NCBI GenBank assembly: GCA_017881075.1
Contig: JADGRH010000006.1
Span: 117,666-181,665, forward strand
Source: Minisyncoccota bacterium
GTDB taxonomy: Bacteria > Patescibacteriota > Minisyncoccia > Phycocordibacterales > CAJBRS01
Direction of reading: 5' to 3'
Length of the DNA stretch: 64,000 nt
The notes under the pieces were generated by a model. That model worked only from the letters and a program-made list of their open reading frames with translations, was not told the origin of the DNA and searched no databases. Positions within the stretch are counted from its first letter, which is position 1; each line of letters starts with the position of its first letter. The translations under genes were made by a program, and so were the position numbers. Positions 18,906 through 27,917 of the stretch are shown piece after piece.

Positions 18906-20402
18906 TTATTCCACCCAATATTTCTTTCTGATCTCTTTTACTTTTTCTTCTTCAAAGTCCTCCTTTTTTTCTTTGCCCTTCTCCCCCATTTCTTGTAATT
19001 CTTTTTCGGATAATTTACTTAGAGTTTTAGCCTGCCCCAAAAGATATTTTTTAGTATTTAAACTAGGGTTCTCTAGGACTTCTTCAAGTAGGGCGTGCAA
19101 AATATAACCAATCTTGGGTCCCGGAACCAAGTTAAGGTCTTCCATAAGAGCATTACCATTGACTTTCAGCATGGAAACTGAGACTGGATCGTGCATGACC
19201 TCCTCAATCATTGATTTATATTTTCGCAGGCGATACGGATTTTCTTTCGGCCGGCCGGTTCCTACCCTATCGCAGATTCGCAGATTCATTAGATCCCAGA
19301 CATGTTCCTTGCCGACATTTTTTACCAATCGTCGTACCGCAGACAAAGTGATCTGTTCTGTATCGGAGAAAAACATATGCCAACGAATTAATTTAATCAC
19401 CACGTCTATGGTTTTTTTAGAAAATCGGAGATCAGCCAAAATCTTTGTAGCTATTCTTGCTCCAACAACATCGTGTCCGTAAAAAGTCCAATCTTTTTTC
19501 TCATCCGACCAACGACGAGTAGCTGGTTTTCCAATGTCGTGAAGTAATGCCGCTAGCCGAATTTCCAATGGCCATTTTTTGTCGGCGGCACACTGAAGAC
19601 TTCTGAGCAAATGCTCAAAGACGTCATAGGTGTGCGCCTGATTTTGTTTAATGCCGATAGCTTTTTTTAACTCAGGAATAATGTAGGTCAAAATACCCAT
19701 ATTATTAGCCATAATTAAGGCTTCCATTGGTTTTTCCGATATGAGAATACGAACGAATTCGTCGTGAATTCTTTCTCGAGCAATGTTTTTCAGGAGCTTT
19801 CCGTGCGTCTCAATAGCTTTTTCTGTTCCCTTTTCAATACTAAATCCCAGTTCGGCCGAGAGTCTGACCACCCGCATTATTCGGAGACCATCTTCTTTGA
19901 AACGTTCGTTAGGGTCTTCCACTGTTCGGATAATTTTATTTTTAATGTCCTCTTCTCCTTTATATAAATCAACAACCTTTCCCTTATATATATTGCTTTT
20001 ACTTTTTTCAATGGAAAGGGCGATGGCGTTAATGGTGAAATCACGTCTTTTAAGATCATCTTCTAATTTATTACTGAAAATAACCTGATCAGGGTGACGG
20101 TTGTCCGAATATTTAGCTTCCAGTCGATATGGTGTCACCTCCACTACCTTTAAAGACTCATCTGCAACCTCTTCATTCACTACCCCTACCGTACCGTAAT
20201 CGTTTTCGTAAAAAGTTTTGGGAAATATGGCTACAATATCCTCGGGCTTGGCATTAGTAGTAATGTCCCAATCCCTCGGTATTTTTTTTAGAAGCAGATC
20301 TCGAACACATCCACCAATCAAATAGGCCTCAAAATCGGCACTTTTCAATTTGTCGGTTATTCGTGAAACCTCGGGAGGAATAGCGAATTCTTTATCTTTC
20401 AT
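18906..20402 (-). CDS. cca: CCA-adding tRNA nucleotidyltransferase with HD domain
   Basis: YLIGGCVRD..DWD, DLKRRDFTINA, ERIHDE, LLHDIGKP; start moved to ATG 20402 because the longer ORF overlaps tRNA-Arg. Confidence 0.93.
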   Translation of the reverse strand: MKDKEFAIPPEVSRITDKLKSADFEAYLIGGCVRDLLLKKIPRDWDITTNAKPEDIVAIFPKTFYENDYGTVGVVNEEVADESLKVVEVTPYRLEAKYSDNRHPDQVIFSNKLEDDLKRRDFTINAIALSIEKSKSNIYKGKVVDLYKGEEDIKNKIIRTVEDPNERFKEDGLRIMRVVRLSAELGFSIEKGTEKAIETHGKLLKNIARERIHDEFVRILISEKPMEALIMANNMGILTYIIPELKKAIGIKQNQAHTYDVFEHLLRSLQCAADKKWPLEIRLAALLHDIGKPATRRWSDEKKDWTFYGHDVVGARIATKILADLRFSKKTIDVVIKLIRWHMFFSDTEQITLSAVRRLVKNVGKEHVWDLMNLRICDRVGTGRPKENPYRLRKYKSMIEEVMHDPVSVSMLKVNGNALMEDLNLVPGPKIGYILHALLEEVLENPSLNTKKYLLGQAKTLSKLSEKELQEMGEKGKEKKEDFEEEKVKEIRKKYWVE

Positions 20403-20413
20403 AATTAATTTTG

Positions 20414-20485
20414 TGCGCCTGGCAGGACTCGAACCCACAATACGACGTCCGAAGCGTCGCGTGATATCCATTTCACCACAGGCGC
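20414..20485 (-). tRNA. tRNA-Arg(UCG), no encoded CCA
   Basis: GCGCCTG/CAGGCGC acceptor stem; CGACG-CT-TCG-GA-CGTCG anticodon arm; GGTTCGAGTCC T-arm. Confidence 0.93.
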
Positions 20486-20575
20486 AATTGACCCTTATCA
20501 TACGAGAAATAAGGAATAAAACAAAATATGATTGAAATGAGAAGAAAATATATTATAATGATCGTCTTACTCATT

Positions 20576-20646
20576 GCGGGTATGGTTTAGTGGTAGAATG
20601 AGTCCTTGCCAAGGACTAGACGGGAGTTCGATTCTCCCTACCCGCA
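20576..20646 (+). tRNA. tRNA-Gly(GCC), no encoded CCA
   Basis: GCGGGTA/TACCCGC stem; AGTCC-TT-GCC-AA-GGACT; GTTCGATTC. Confidence 0.95.
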
Positions 20647-20660
20647 CAGATCAGTTTTTT

Positions 20661-20700
20661 TAAAGACAAAAAGACCTATTTTCGGGTCTTTTTGTCTTTA
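20661..20700. terminator. Intrinsic terminator after tRNA-Gly
   Basis: TAAAGACAAAAAGACC...GGTCTTTTTGTCTTTA. Confidence 0.75.
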
Positions 20701-20737
20701 ATGAAACGGCCAACTTTATAGGTTTTTTGATAATAAC

Positions 20738-20766
20738 TGTGGATAACTCAGTGGATATGTGTATAA
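20738..20766 (-). promoter_or_regulatory. Three tandem DnaA boxes (candidate oriC)
   Basis: TGTGGATAA 20738, AGTGGATAT 20750, TGTGTATAA 20758 in AT-rich intergenic DNA. Confidence 0.65.
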
Positions 20767-20789
20767 AGGACATGTCTTTTAGTAATATA

Positions 20790-20805
20790 TGTTTCACATG
20801 AAACT
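20790..20805. promoter_or_regulatory. parS-like site (one of about 5 between 20355 and 21050)
   Basis: TGTTTCACATGAAACT vs consensus TGTTTCACGTGAAACA. Confidence 0.75.
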
Positions 20806-20873
20806 GTTATTTATGAAACATCATTTTAACTATATTTTAAGGCTTTTTCATATCGATATGCTTTAATTATCGG

Positions 20874-21254
20874 ATGTGGAATAAAGAAATAGGTAAGATT
20901 GGAGAAGATATTGCTTGTAAGTTTCTTGTGAAACGCCGATTTAGCCTTATTGATAGGAATTACCTCAAGAAATATGGTGAAATTGATATTGTGGCAAGTA
21001 AGGGCGGTTTAGTTCATTTTATTGAGGTGAAAACTGTTTCATGTGAAAACTTGGACTTTAATAGATCTTCGGATCGTTACCGACCCGAAGATAATGTTCA
21101 CCCATATAAAGTAAAACGACTCAAAAGGGTTATTCAGGTCTATTTGATACAGAAACGTGTCTATTGCGATTGGCAATTTCACGTTATCACTGTCCTTTAT
21201 GATCCCGTCAGAAGGGAAGCGAAGGTAGATTTTTTAGAGGATTTGATTTTATAA
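20874..21254 (+). CDS. yraN: YraN family (UPF0102) PD-(D/E)XK endonuclease
   Basis: GKIGEDIA, RNY..KYGEIDIV, FIEVK. Confidence 0.92.
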   Translation: MWNKEIGKIGEDIACKFLVKRRFSLIDRNYLKKYGEIDIVASKGGLVHFIEVKTVSCENLDFNRSSDRYRPEDNVHPYKVKRLKRVIQVYLIQKRVYCDWQFHVITVLYDPVRREAKVDFLEDLIL

Positions 21255-21257
21255 ATG

Positions 21258-21330
21258 TCGGGGCGCCGGGATTCGAACCCGGAGTCGCTTGATCCCAAAT
21301 CAAGAATGTTAGCCGTTACACCACGCCCCG
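21258..21330 (-). tRNA. tRNA-Pro(UGG)
   Basis: CGGGGCG/CGCCCCG stem; CTTGA-TT-TGG-GA-TCAAG; GGTTCGAATCC. Confidence 0.95.
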
Positions 21331-21432
21331 TTAAATAAGATGATGGCTAGTTTAACACGATAAAATAGAAATAACCATTCTAAATTGACTTTTCAGATAA
21401 CTTGTTGTATCTTCGTGTAAGGGAGGATAAGA

Positions 21433-21810
21433 ATGGCACATACATTTATAAAAAGAAGTGATAGGAGAAAGCTTTCTCAAGGTCGAGCGGCCCGCAGAGG
21501 TTCTTTGCGGGGCAGGGAACTTGAAAGGACGGTTACCGAACACCTGGAGAGAATGAAGAATTCTAAACAGATAACTGATTACATTGCTCATCAACCGAAT
21601 TCCAAAGAAGATCACGAGGGCAGAGACTTTACGGTAAGATTCGGAGAAGGGGAATGTGCTCAGGAACATTCGTTTGGAGTTACCATCTCCTTACGAAAAT
21701 TTCATCGAACACAAGGGCCGCAAAATCAGGTGAAACAATTCTGTTTCCCGATAGGCACTAACAGAGAGACCATTATCAAGAGGATTTTAGGTCTTAGGGT
21801 CCAGAACTAG
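21433..21810 (+). CDS. Orphan basic protein, possibly degenerate PD-(D/E)XK fold
   Basis: GGGAGG RBS, own promoter and terminator; GRELE...D..GRDF pattern. Confidence 0.6.
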   Translation: MAHTFIKRSDRRKLSQGRAARRGSLRGRELERTVTEHLERMKNSKQITDYIAHQPNSKEDHEGRDFTVRFGEGECAQEHSFGVTISLRKFHRTQGPQNQVKQFCFPIGTNRETIIKRILGLRVQN

Positions 21811-21878
21811 CCGTCGAAAGATGGCATTTTATTTTTTAGTCATTTAGTATATTATTAGTTAAATAATTTTTATTTACT

Positions 21879-22754
21879 GTGAAAATAGTCACCCATAGCG
21901 GTAGTTTCCACCAAGACGAGTTGTTTGCGGTGGCCACATTGCAGTTGGTTTATCCGGATGCCGAAATTATTCGGACTCGTGATCCGGAAGTTATTGCCAG
22001 TGGAGATATTGTGGTAGATATAGGGGGAATTTATGATCCGGCACAAAATAAATTTGATCATCATCAGGAAGGGGGAGCGGGGAAGCGTGGAAATGGTATT
22101 CCGTACGCCGCGTTTGGATTAGTTTGGAAAAAATTCGGCCGCCAAATCTGTGGCGGCCGAGCAGAAGCAGCAGATTTGATGGATAGAAAGATGATCCAAG
22201 CCATTGATGCCTCGGATAATGGAGTTTTGGTCTACACCCCGGTCAATCGTGAGATTCAGCCATATCTTTTTGATAGTTTTCTGAATGCCATTACTCCAAC
22301 TTGGCGAGAAGGGAAAAGTATTGATGACGCTTTTATACAAATATTAGCTATCGTTAAATTAGTGCTGACAAAAGAAATAGAAAAAGCCAGATATTTTTTT
22401 GAAGAGACGGAATTGGTGCGAAAAGCTTATAAAGAGTCGGAAGATAAAAGAATTATTGTACTTGATCATCCATATCCCTGGAAAAGCGTTCTGACAAAAT
22501 TTCCCGAGCCGCTCTATGTGATCTATCAGGATCAAAATACAAAAGAGTGGGTGATCATGGCCATGAAAAAAGATCCCCGAGCTTTTATTTATCGAAAACT
22601 ATTTCCTCAAAGCTGGGCCGGAAAGGTAGGGAAGCCACTGGCAGAAGTTACCGGCGTTCCAGATGCCGTTTTCTGCCACAATAAGCGCTTTATCGCCAAG
22701 GCATGGTCTAAAGAAAGCGCAATAAAGATGGCTAAAATGGCCCTGGATAATTAA
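21879..22754 (+). CDS. MYG1 family DHH-type exonuclease
   Basis: THSGSFHQDE, RTRD, DIGG.YDP...FDHHQ, IDASDNG, FCH. Confidence 0.95.
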   Translation: MKIVTHSGSFHQDELFAVATLQLVYPDAEIIRTRDPEVIASGDIVVDIGGIYDPAQNKFDHHQEGGAGKRGNGIPYAAFGLVWKKFGRQICGGRAEAADLMDRKMIQAIDASDNGVLVYTPVNREIQPYLFDSFLNAITPTWREGKSIDDAFIQILAIVKLVLTKEIEKARYFFEETELVRKAYKESEDKRIIVLDHPYPWKSVLTKFPEPLYVIYQDQNTKEWVIMAMKKDPRAFIYRKLFPQSWAGKVGKPLAEVTGVPDAVFCHNKRFIAKAWSKESAIKMAKMALDN

Positions 22755-22757
22755 TTT

Positions 22758-24134
22758 ATGAACGAGAAGTATTCGGAAGCGATCGAGAATTACAAAAAAG
22801 ATCCCTCGCTTTTCTTATCGCATTCGTTGGTGGAAAATGATGAATTGCTTGCCTCTTTTGGCATCTCCATTCCGAACAAAAGTGCCCTACCGGAAGTTTT
22901 TTTGAAATTATATCCCCAAGATTTCATGGTGGAAGAGGTTCTGAAGAACGGGGAAGTCTGTACTGCCGAGTTTAAACCACTAGAGATGCTTAGCACTTCC
23001 GGAAAATCTTTTCATGTCACGTTGGTGAAATGCAATATCGGTACCTTGGAAGCGGCTGAGGAAATTGCCAAACAACTTGCTGTTCCGGTAAACTCTGTCG
23101 GCTACGCCGGCCTGAAAGACAACGACGCCATTACTTCACAGAGAATTTCTTTGACCAGTATTGCAGCGGAAAAGATTTCCGGCATCAGACATCCGTCTTT
23201 CTTTCTGAAGGACATTGAAGAAAACGGATTGATAATAAAAAAGGGCGAATTAAAAGGGAATCGATTCACCATTTTGCTTAGAACCAGAGGGAATGATCCG
23301 GCAGGAAAGAAGGCTTTATTGGACAGCTTAAAATTGATTCAGGAAAATGGATTTTATAATTTTTACTATCTCCAGCGGTTCGGGGCGCCTCGTTTGTTGA
23401 ATCATTACTGCGGGTTTCTGGTACTGCAGGGAAATTACAAAGAAGCCGTCCTTGCCGCTCTTTGTCAAAAAGGGAAAACGGACTTGAATCACATCAATAA
23501 AATCAGAGAAGAAGCCTCGGCCCATTTTGGAGAGTGGAAATATCTTCACGATCTTTTTCTTCCTCATGGAAAAGATCTCTATTATGAAATTCGGCTGGTA
23601 GAGCACCTCGCGAAGCATCCGGAAGATTTTGAAGGAGCTCTTCGCAATGTCCCAGACCTTGTCACCATCTGGGTTTACGCCTCTTCTTCTTGGCTATTCA
23701 ATAATAGACTGTCATCACTGATCAAGAGTTCAAATAACAAAATTCCAAAAACCCTTCCTTTGTTTTTAAGTAGTGATCAATCCAATTGGGAAAGTTATCG
23801 GTCTCTGCTTTCCAAACTTCTGGCCTACCCGCCCAACTTTGGAAATATTTTGAAGGTTTTGCCAGGGCTCGGGCTATGGTCGCGATACGTCAACACCAAA
23901 GCTAAATTTATTTTAAACGGAACTGAGACGATCGATGAGGGGATAGTTCTCTCTTTTACTCTGGGTAGGGGAGAATACGCCACAACTTTATTGGCTCATG
24001 TATGCAACATGATCTCTTATGCTCCTCCGCAGGACATCAGCTTCAATCCGGTAGATAGTATCTCATCCAATGGAAATCCTTTAAAAGAGACCTTTGAGGG
24101 CTTCGCCGAGGCCAAAAAGCCAGTCTTTGCTTGA
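22758..24134 (+). CDS. truD: tRNA pseudouridine(13) synthase
   Basis: PQDFMVEE, YAGLKD..AITSQ, GNRFTI, NFYYLQRFG, FTL..GEYAT. Confidence 0.88.
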   Translation: MNEKYSEAIENYKKDPSLFLSHSLVENDELLASFGISIPNKSALPEVFLKLYPQDFMVEEVLKNGEVCTAEFKPLEMLSTSGKSFHVTLVKCNIGTLEAAEEIAKQLAVPVNSVGYAGLKDNDAITSQRISLTSIAAEKISGIRHPSFFLKDIEENGLIIKKGELKGNRFTILLRTRGNDPAGKKALLDSLKLIQENGFYNFYYLQRFGAPRLLNHYCGFLVLQGNYKEAVLAALCQKGKTDLNHINKIREEASAHFGEWKYLHDLFLPHGKDLYYEIRLVEHLAKHPEDFEGALRNVPDLVTIWVYASSSWLFNNRLSSLIKSSNNKIPKTLPLFLSSDQSNWESYRSLLSKLLAYPPNFGNILKVLPGLGLWSRYVNTKAKFILNGTETIDEGIVLSFTLGRGEYATTLLAHVCNMISYAPPQDISFNPVDSISSNGNPLKETFEGFAEAKKPVFA

Positions 24135-24158
24135 CTTTTTCCTTGAATATGGTATACT
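24131..24158 (+). promoter_or_regulatory. Sigma70 promoter upstream of a long structured leader
   Basis: TTGACT-16-TATACT with TG extended -10. Confidence 0.6.
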
Positions 24159-24370
24159 AGCGGGCAGAACTCCTAATAGGTTTGTTGAAGAAATTTCTCT
24201 GTATCTTGGCCACTAGCGGCTGAGAGCAGGGGTTCCGGACGGCGCTTCTGTGCCGTCAAATTGCTCCCCGCACTGTGTGCGGTACGACAATGGATATAAC
24301 GAGGGCGGAATAATTCCGTACAACAAAAATTCCTCTAAAATTTCAGAGAATTGATTTAGGACTGAACAAG

Positions 24371-25387
24371 ATGGTAAAACCAAATAGAAATCACAGGCAA
24401 GGCGGTGTTTTCGGAATGCTGATGGCGCGAGTCATCATCACCACCGACCGTATCGCGGGTAACAACTACACCGCGATCGGCGTCGTTCCAACGGAAATCG
24501 TGGACGGCGACACTCATCTCGGCGAACATCGTGACGAGATTATCGGTCAGGACCTTCAGCCCCACCACAGACTGCGTAATGCCGTCGTCGTGGTCGAGCC
24601 AAAAGGCAATCGGTTCGTTCCTCTACTTTCAAAGGATCTGACCGGTAACGACCCTCTCCCCGGAGTCGGGGAAGAGATCATGATGTTGTTCCGGGTCAAT
24701 AGTCCCGAAGGCGATAACCGCAGCATCGTTGAGCGGGCATTTGCCCTGTCGTGGTCGACGGTCGAGGCTTACAGTCGAGGCGGCGAAGAAGCGGCGAAGA
24801 AAAACGAGGACCTGCCCGAGCTCAAGAACGAGATCGATGTCGAATACCGCAGTCTCTGGCGGATGACGTCGGAGTCGGCGCGGATCACCATCGGATGGAT
24901 GACCCCGCAGAAGCTTGCGGACAAGCTGCACTTCCTCAATCGCGGCCTGGTGCCAGCGGACGCCAAGTGGTTCCGTCGGGACCCCGAGATCGGCAAGCAG
25001 CTGGTCGAAGCCGATGAGGACACCCGGAAGGCGATCATCCAACAGATGCAGACCGGCGTGGAATCGAGCGCGCGGCCGAAGGCGCTGACCATGATGCGGA
25101 CGGGCGTCGTCCAAAAGCAGGAACGCCGTTCTCAGCCGAAGCAGCGCACCGAGCGCCTCGGCCCAGTCGAGAAGGAGATCCTGGCAGAGCATCGGAGTGA
25201 TGGGCAACCTCACTCGAGCCTCATCCAGTTCCCTGCGACTGCAGAGCCGAGCGCAACGGCCAAGCGCCCCGCGCCAAAGGCCAAAGCCCCGCGCAAAGGC
25301 GACGGCAAGAAAAGCAAGAAGCGCGACCCTCGGCGCCGTTCGGATCAACGGATCGACGGTGACGAAGATGCGGCGATGATCGCCTAA
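24371..25387 (+). CDS. Orphan protein with Lys/Arg-rich disordered C-terminus; GC3-rich codon usage
   Basis: 338-aa ORF with G/C-ending codons; own promoter and terminator (25427-25460). Confidence 0.75.
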   Translation: MVKPNRNHRQGGVFGMLMARVIITTDRIAGNNYTAIGVVPTEIVDGDTHLGEHRDEIIGQDLQPHHRLRNAVVVVEPKGNRFVPLLSKDLTGNDPLPGVGEEIMMLFRVNSPEGDNRSIVERAFALSWSTVEAYSRGGEEAAKKNEDLPELKNEIDVEYRSLWRMTSESARITIGWMTPQKLADKLHFLNRGLVPADAKWFRRDPEIGKQLVEADEDTRKAIIQQMQTGVESSARPKALTMMRTGVVQKQERRSQPKQRTERLGPVEKEILAEHRSDGQPHSSLIQFPATAEPSATAKRPAPKAKAPRKGDGKKSKKRDPRRRSDQRIDGDEDAAMIA

Positions 25388-25477
25388 ATAAGAAAAGTCC
25401 ACAGAGGTTCGAATCCAATGTGGCGAGCGGTTGAGTTTACGAACTCAGCCGCTTTTTTTTGTTATAATTTTAGGGCA

Positions 25478-25774
25478 ATGTCAAAGAAATTCATAAAAAA
25501 TGTAGAAGATTTTTTCTGCGATCACTGCGGAGAAGTTGTGAAAGGTAATGGTTATACCAATCATTGCCCGAAGTGTCTTTGGAGTAAGCATGTGGATGTG
25601 GATCCGGGGGATAGGGCTAGCGAATGTGGGGGAATGATGGAGCCGATTAGGATTGAAGAGAAGGGCGGGGAGCACTCTATTGTTCATAAGTGTATTAAAT
25701 GTGGTGCGGAGAAGAAGAATAAGATGGCGGTGGGGGATGATTTTGAGAAAGTTATCGATATAACAGGAAATTAA
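25478..25774 (+). CDS. RNHCP-domain zinc-binding protein
   Basis: F.CDHCG, NHCPKCLWSKHVD..PGDR...CGG.M.P, HKC.KCG; start after TGTTATAAT. Confidence 0.88.
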   Translation: MSKKFIKNVEDFFCDHCGEVVKGNGYTNHCPKCLWSKHVDVDPGDRASECGGMMEPIRIEEKGGEHSIVHKCIKCGAEKKNKMAVGDDFEKVIDITGN

Positions 25775-25784
25775 TCTCAATTGT

Positions 25785-25905
25785 CTGGTGTGGCCCGCAT
25801 CCTTTCCGTTCGTTTTTCTCCGCAGACTCCGAAGAAACGACCGTAAACTCTGCGGGAACAGCCTGGACCATTGGGTATTGCACAGTTCTCATGTAGTGGT
25901 GCGGC
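25785..25905 (+). repeat. Structured intergenic repeat, copy A
   Basis: CCCGCATCCTTTCCGTTCG...CGACCGTAAACTCTGCGGGAACAGCCTGGAC shared with copy B at 32845. Confidence 0.9.
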
Positions 25906-25937
25906 TACTCTAGGTTCTAATTGATAAGCGAAAACCA

Positions 25938-26069
25938 CCAGCATTTTCTTTAATGAGGAAACTGTTTGACGAGTTTACGAATTGCCTGCCGAAGGAGACA
26001 ACGGCTTCGACTCGACTGGAGGCGGTGCAATCGTTAACGAGGAGTTTTCCGAGTTAAAGAAAATGCTGG
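25938..26069. repeat. Long imperfect hairpin with 16-bp perfect arms
   Basis: CCAGCATTTTCTTTAA / TTAAAGAAAATGCTGG. Confidence 0.85.
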
Positions 26070-26085
26070 GGGTTGGAGCGAGAAG

Positions 26086-27339
26086 TTAATGAGGTAGATA
26101 CGAAACCAATTCCTGCTCGTCGTGTGCTTTGAAATTGGCGGCGACGGTGGAGAGGTTGCGATTTAAGAACGCAGAAAGAGAAAGTCCGGCGCTTCGTTGT
26201 AGGTCTCTATTTATATAGGAAAGAGTGAGGGCCTGGAGATCTTTCAGATTGGAATGAAGGTCGGGAATGGTAGTGGCAATAAGACCGATCAATTTCCCGT
26301 CGGTATTGACGATACCACCGCCGGAGGCGCCTCGCTCGGCGATAGGGGTACCAGTGGTGCGAATGAGATCGGCGCCTCCTCCGGAAGCAAAAGTGTAATT
26401 TGTGACGATGGAAAGATTATCAGTTTCAATTCTCAAATTTCTAATTACCTCATTGGAGCTTAGGGCCCCGGCCGGATAACCAACAGCCAAAATTGGAGTG
26501 TTATCGCCGAGCGAAGTATCAGTGGTATCGACTGGTATGGAAGAGAAATTTCGCGGTAGGGTATCACCATTGACTGCTCCGTTAACAAGAAGCAAGGCAT
26601 AGTCTCCCTCACCCGTCTCTTCCGATTGATTGCTTTGATTTACCTCACTGCCGTGCGCCCGAAGCCATGCAGGTGAGATATAGAGTACGGTCGCTTTGTA
26701 GAAAGAAACGGCCGGCGAGCCTTTGCGAATGAAGCAATTTTTATTTGGGTTATCTAAATAATCTGCTAGAAGGATTTGATCTGCCACGTGAGCGTTAGTG
26801 AGAATTACTCCACGATTGTCTATAACCACACCACTGCCGGTGACGATAGTAATATTGTTTCCTACTTGGGTAGTGCAATAAATATTGACGACGGATGCGA
26901 TGGGATTTGATGTAGTGGGCGGGTTAGGATTAGTAGAAGTGGAGGTTGAGGTTGGAGTTGCTGTTGGAAGTGTAGGAATAGCTGGTGCTTGAGGAGCAGT
27001 GGAAGAGGACGGCCCATTGCTGGAAAGAGGAATTGGAGTGAAGGTAGGCACTTGAATGGCTAATGTCGGAAGTTTTTGTTTTTTAGTAGGAGTAGGTTTT
27101 TTTAGAATATTTTCTGGTGAGCTAGTGCTGTATGCGGTAGGGAGAAGTGGGGCGTAAGTCTGGAACGTGGTACTAGCGGGCCCGCCTAGACTCGAAAAAA
27201 TGCTAGTCGAGGCTGGTCGCTCCAAACCGGGGAGAGTTATGGCTGGAGAGGGAAGATGAGTAGACAGAGGAATGTATGGTAACCCTAAGAACGAGCCGAT
27301 GCTGAGAAGAATGGAAATAAAATGAGATGCGGCATTCAT
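26086..27339 (-). CDS. Secreted trypsin-like serine protease with Pro/Thr/Ser linker
   Basis: GSGV..ILTNAHV (His), GDYALL (Asp), GASGG (Ser). Confidence 0.9.
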   Translation of the reverse strand: MNAASHFISILLSIGSFLGLPYIPLSTHLPSPAITLPGLERPASTSIFSSLGGPASTTFQTYAPLLPTAYSTSSPENILKKPTPTKKQKLPTLAIQVPTFTPIPLSSNGPSSSTAPQAPAIPTLPTATPTSTSTSTNPNPPTTSNPIASVVNIYCTTQVGNNITIVTGSGVVIDNRGVILTNAHVADQILLADYLDNPNKNCFIRKGSPAVSFYKATVLYISPAWLRAHGSEVNQSNQSEETGEGDYALLLVNGAVNGDTLPRNFSSIPVDTTDTSLGDNTPILAVGYPAGALSSNEVIRNLRIETDNLSIVTNYTFASGGGADLIRTTGTPIAERGASGGGIVNTDGKLIGLIATTIPDLHSNLKDLQALTLSYINRDLQRSAGLSLSAFLNRNLSTVAANFKAHDEQELVSYLPH

Positions 27340-27346
27340 ATGTATT

Positions 27347-27420
27347 TGGTGCGGGATGGGGGAATCGAACTCCCGACCACAGTTTGGAAAACTGTCGTTT
27401 TACCACTAAACTAATCCCGC
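27347..27420 (-). tRNA. tRNA-Gly(UCC) with encoded CCA
   Basis: GCGGGAT/ATCCCGC stem; ACAGT-TT-TCC-AA-ACTGT; 3' ACCA. Confidence 0.95.
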
Positions 27421-27461
27421 TCTTCTTCGCCACAAATATAACAGATAAGGCCTTTTTTGCA

Positions 27462-27496
27462 AAAAAAGAGTCGCGCCGGAGGCGCGACTCTTTTTT
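27462..27496. terminator. Bidirectional-type intrinsic terminator after HU gene
   Basis: AAAAAAGAGTCGCGCC-GGA-GGCGCGACTCTTTTTT. Confidence 0.8.
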
Positions 27497-27520
27497 AAGT
27501 GGGCGAAGTTAAGATATTAA

Positions 27521-27793
27521 TTACTTAACAGCGTCTTTCAAAGCTTTAGCGGCTCTGAATTTTGGAACTCTCATGGCTTTGACCTGGATTGATTCGCCGG
27601 TTCGAGGATTTCGAGCGGTTCGAGCGGCTCGCTGTTTGGCGACGAAAATGCCGAGGCCGGAGATTGAAACTTCCTCACCTTTTTTCAGAGTATTAACGAT
27701 CGAGTCGATAACGGTGTCCATTACCTGTTCTGCCTGAACCCGAGTTCCCCCGAGGACCTGCTGAATGGCTTCTACAATTCCTGCTTTATTCAT
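27521..27793 (-). CDS. hup: DNA-binding protein HU
   Basis: MNKAGIV, GLGIF, RAARTARNPRTGE, PKFRAAKALK. Confidence 0.96.
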   Translation of the reverse strand: MNKAGIVEAIQQVLGGTRVQAEQVMDTVIDSIVNTLKKGEEVSISGLGIFVAKQRAARTARNPRTGESIQVKAMRVPKFRAAKALKDAVK

Positions 27794-27917
27794 CTTGCTT
27801 ATATTTATAGCTTATAAATACCTCGACCTCTTTAATGTTGATATAAATGATTATATATTAGGCCCTTTTTAGTGCAATAGGGTGATTTTCCACATACCAA
27901 TGGGCACCATTGGTATT

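Noticed and set aside
20403-20501. N-terminal extension of the cca ORF in the ORF track
   Set aside because: Overlaps tRNA-Arg; the real start is ATG 20402
24629-25402. 257-aa antisense ORF
   Set aside because: Shadow of the GC3-rich gene on the plus strand; no promoter or motif
25408-25418. GGTTCGAATCC (and GTTCGAGTCC at 44767) as tRNA genes
   Set aside because: Only T-loop-like fragments; no cloverleaf can be built
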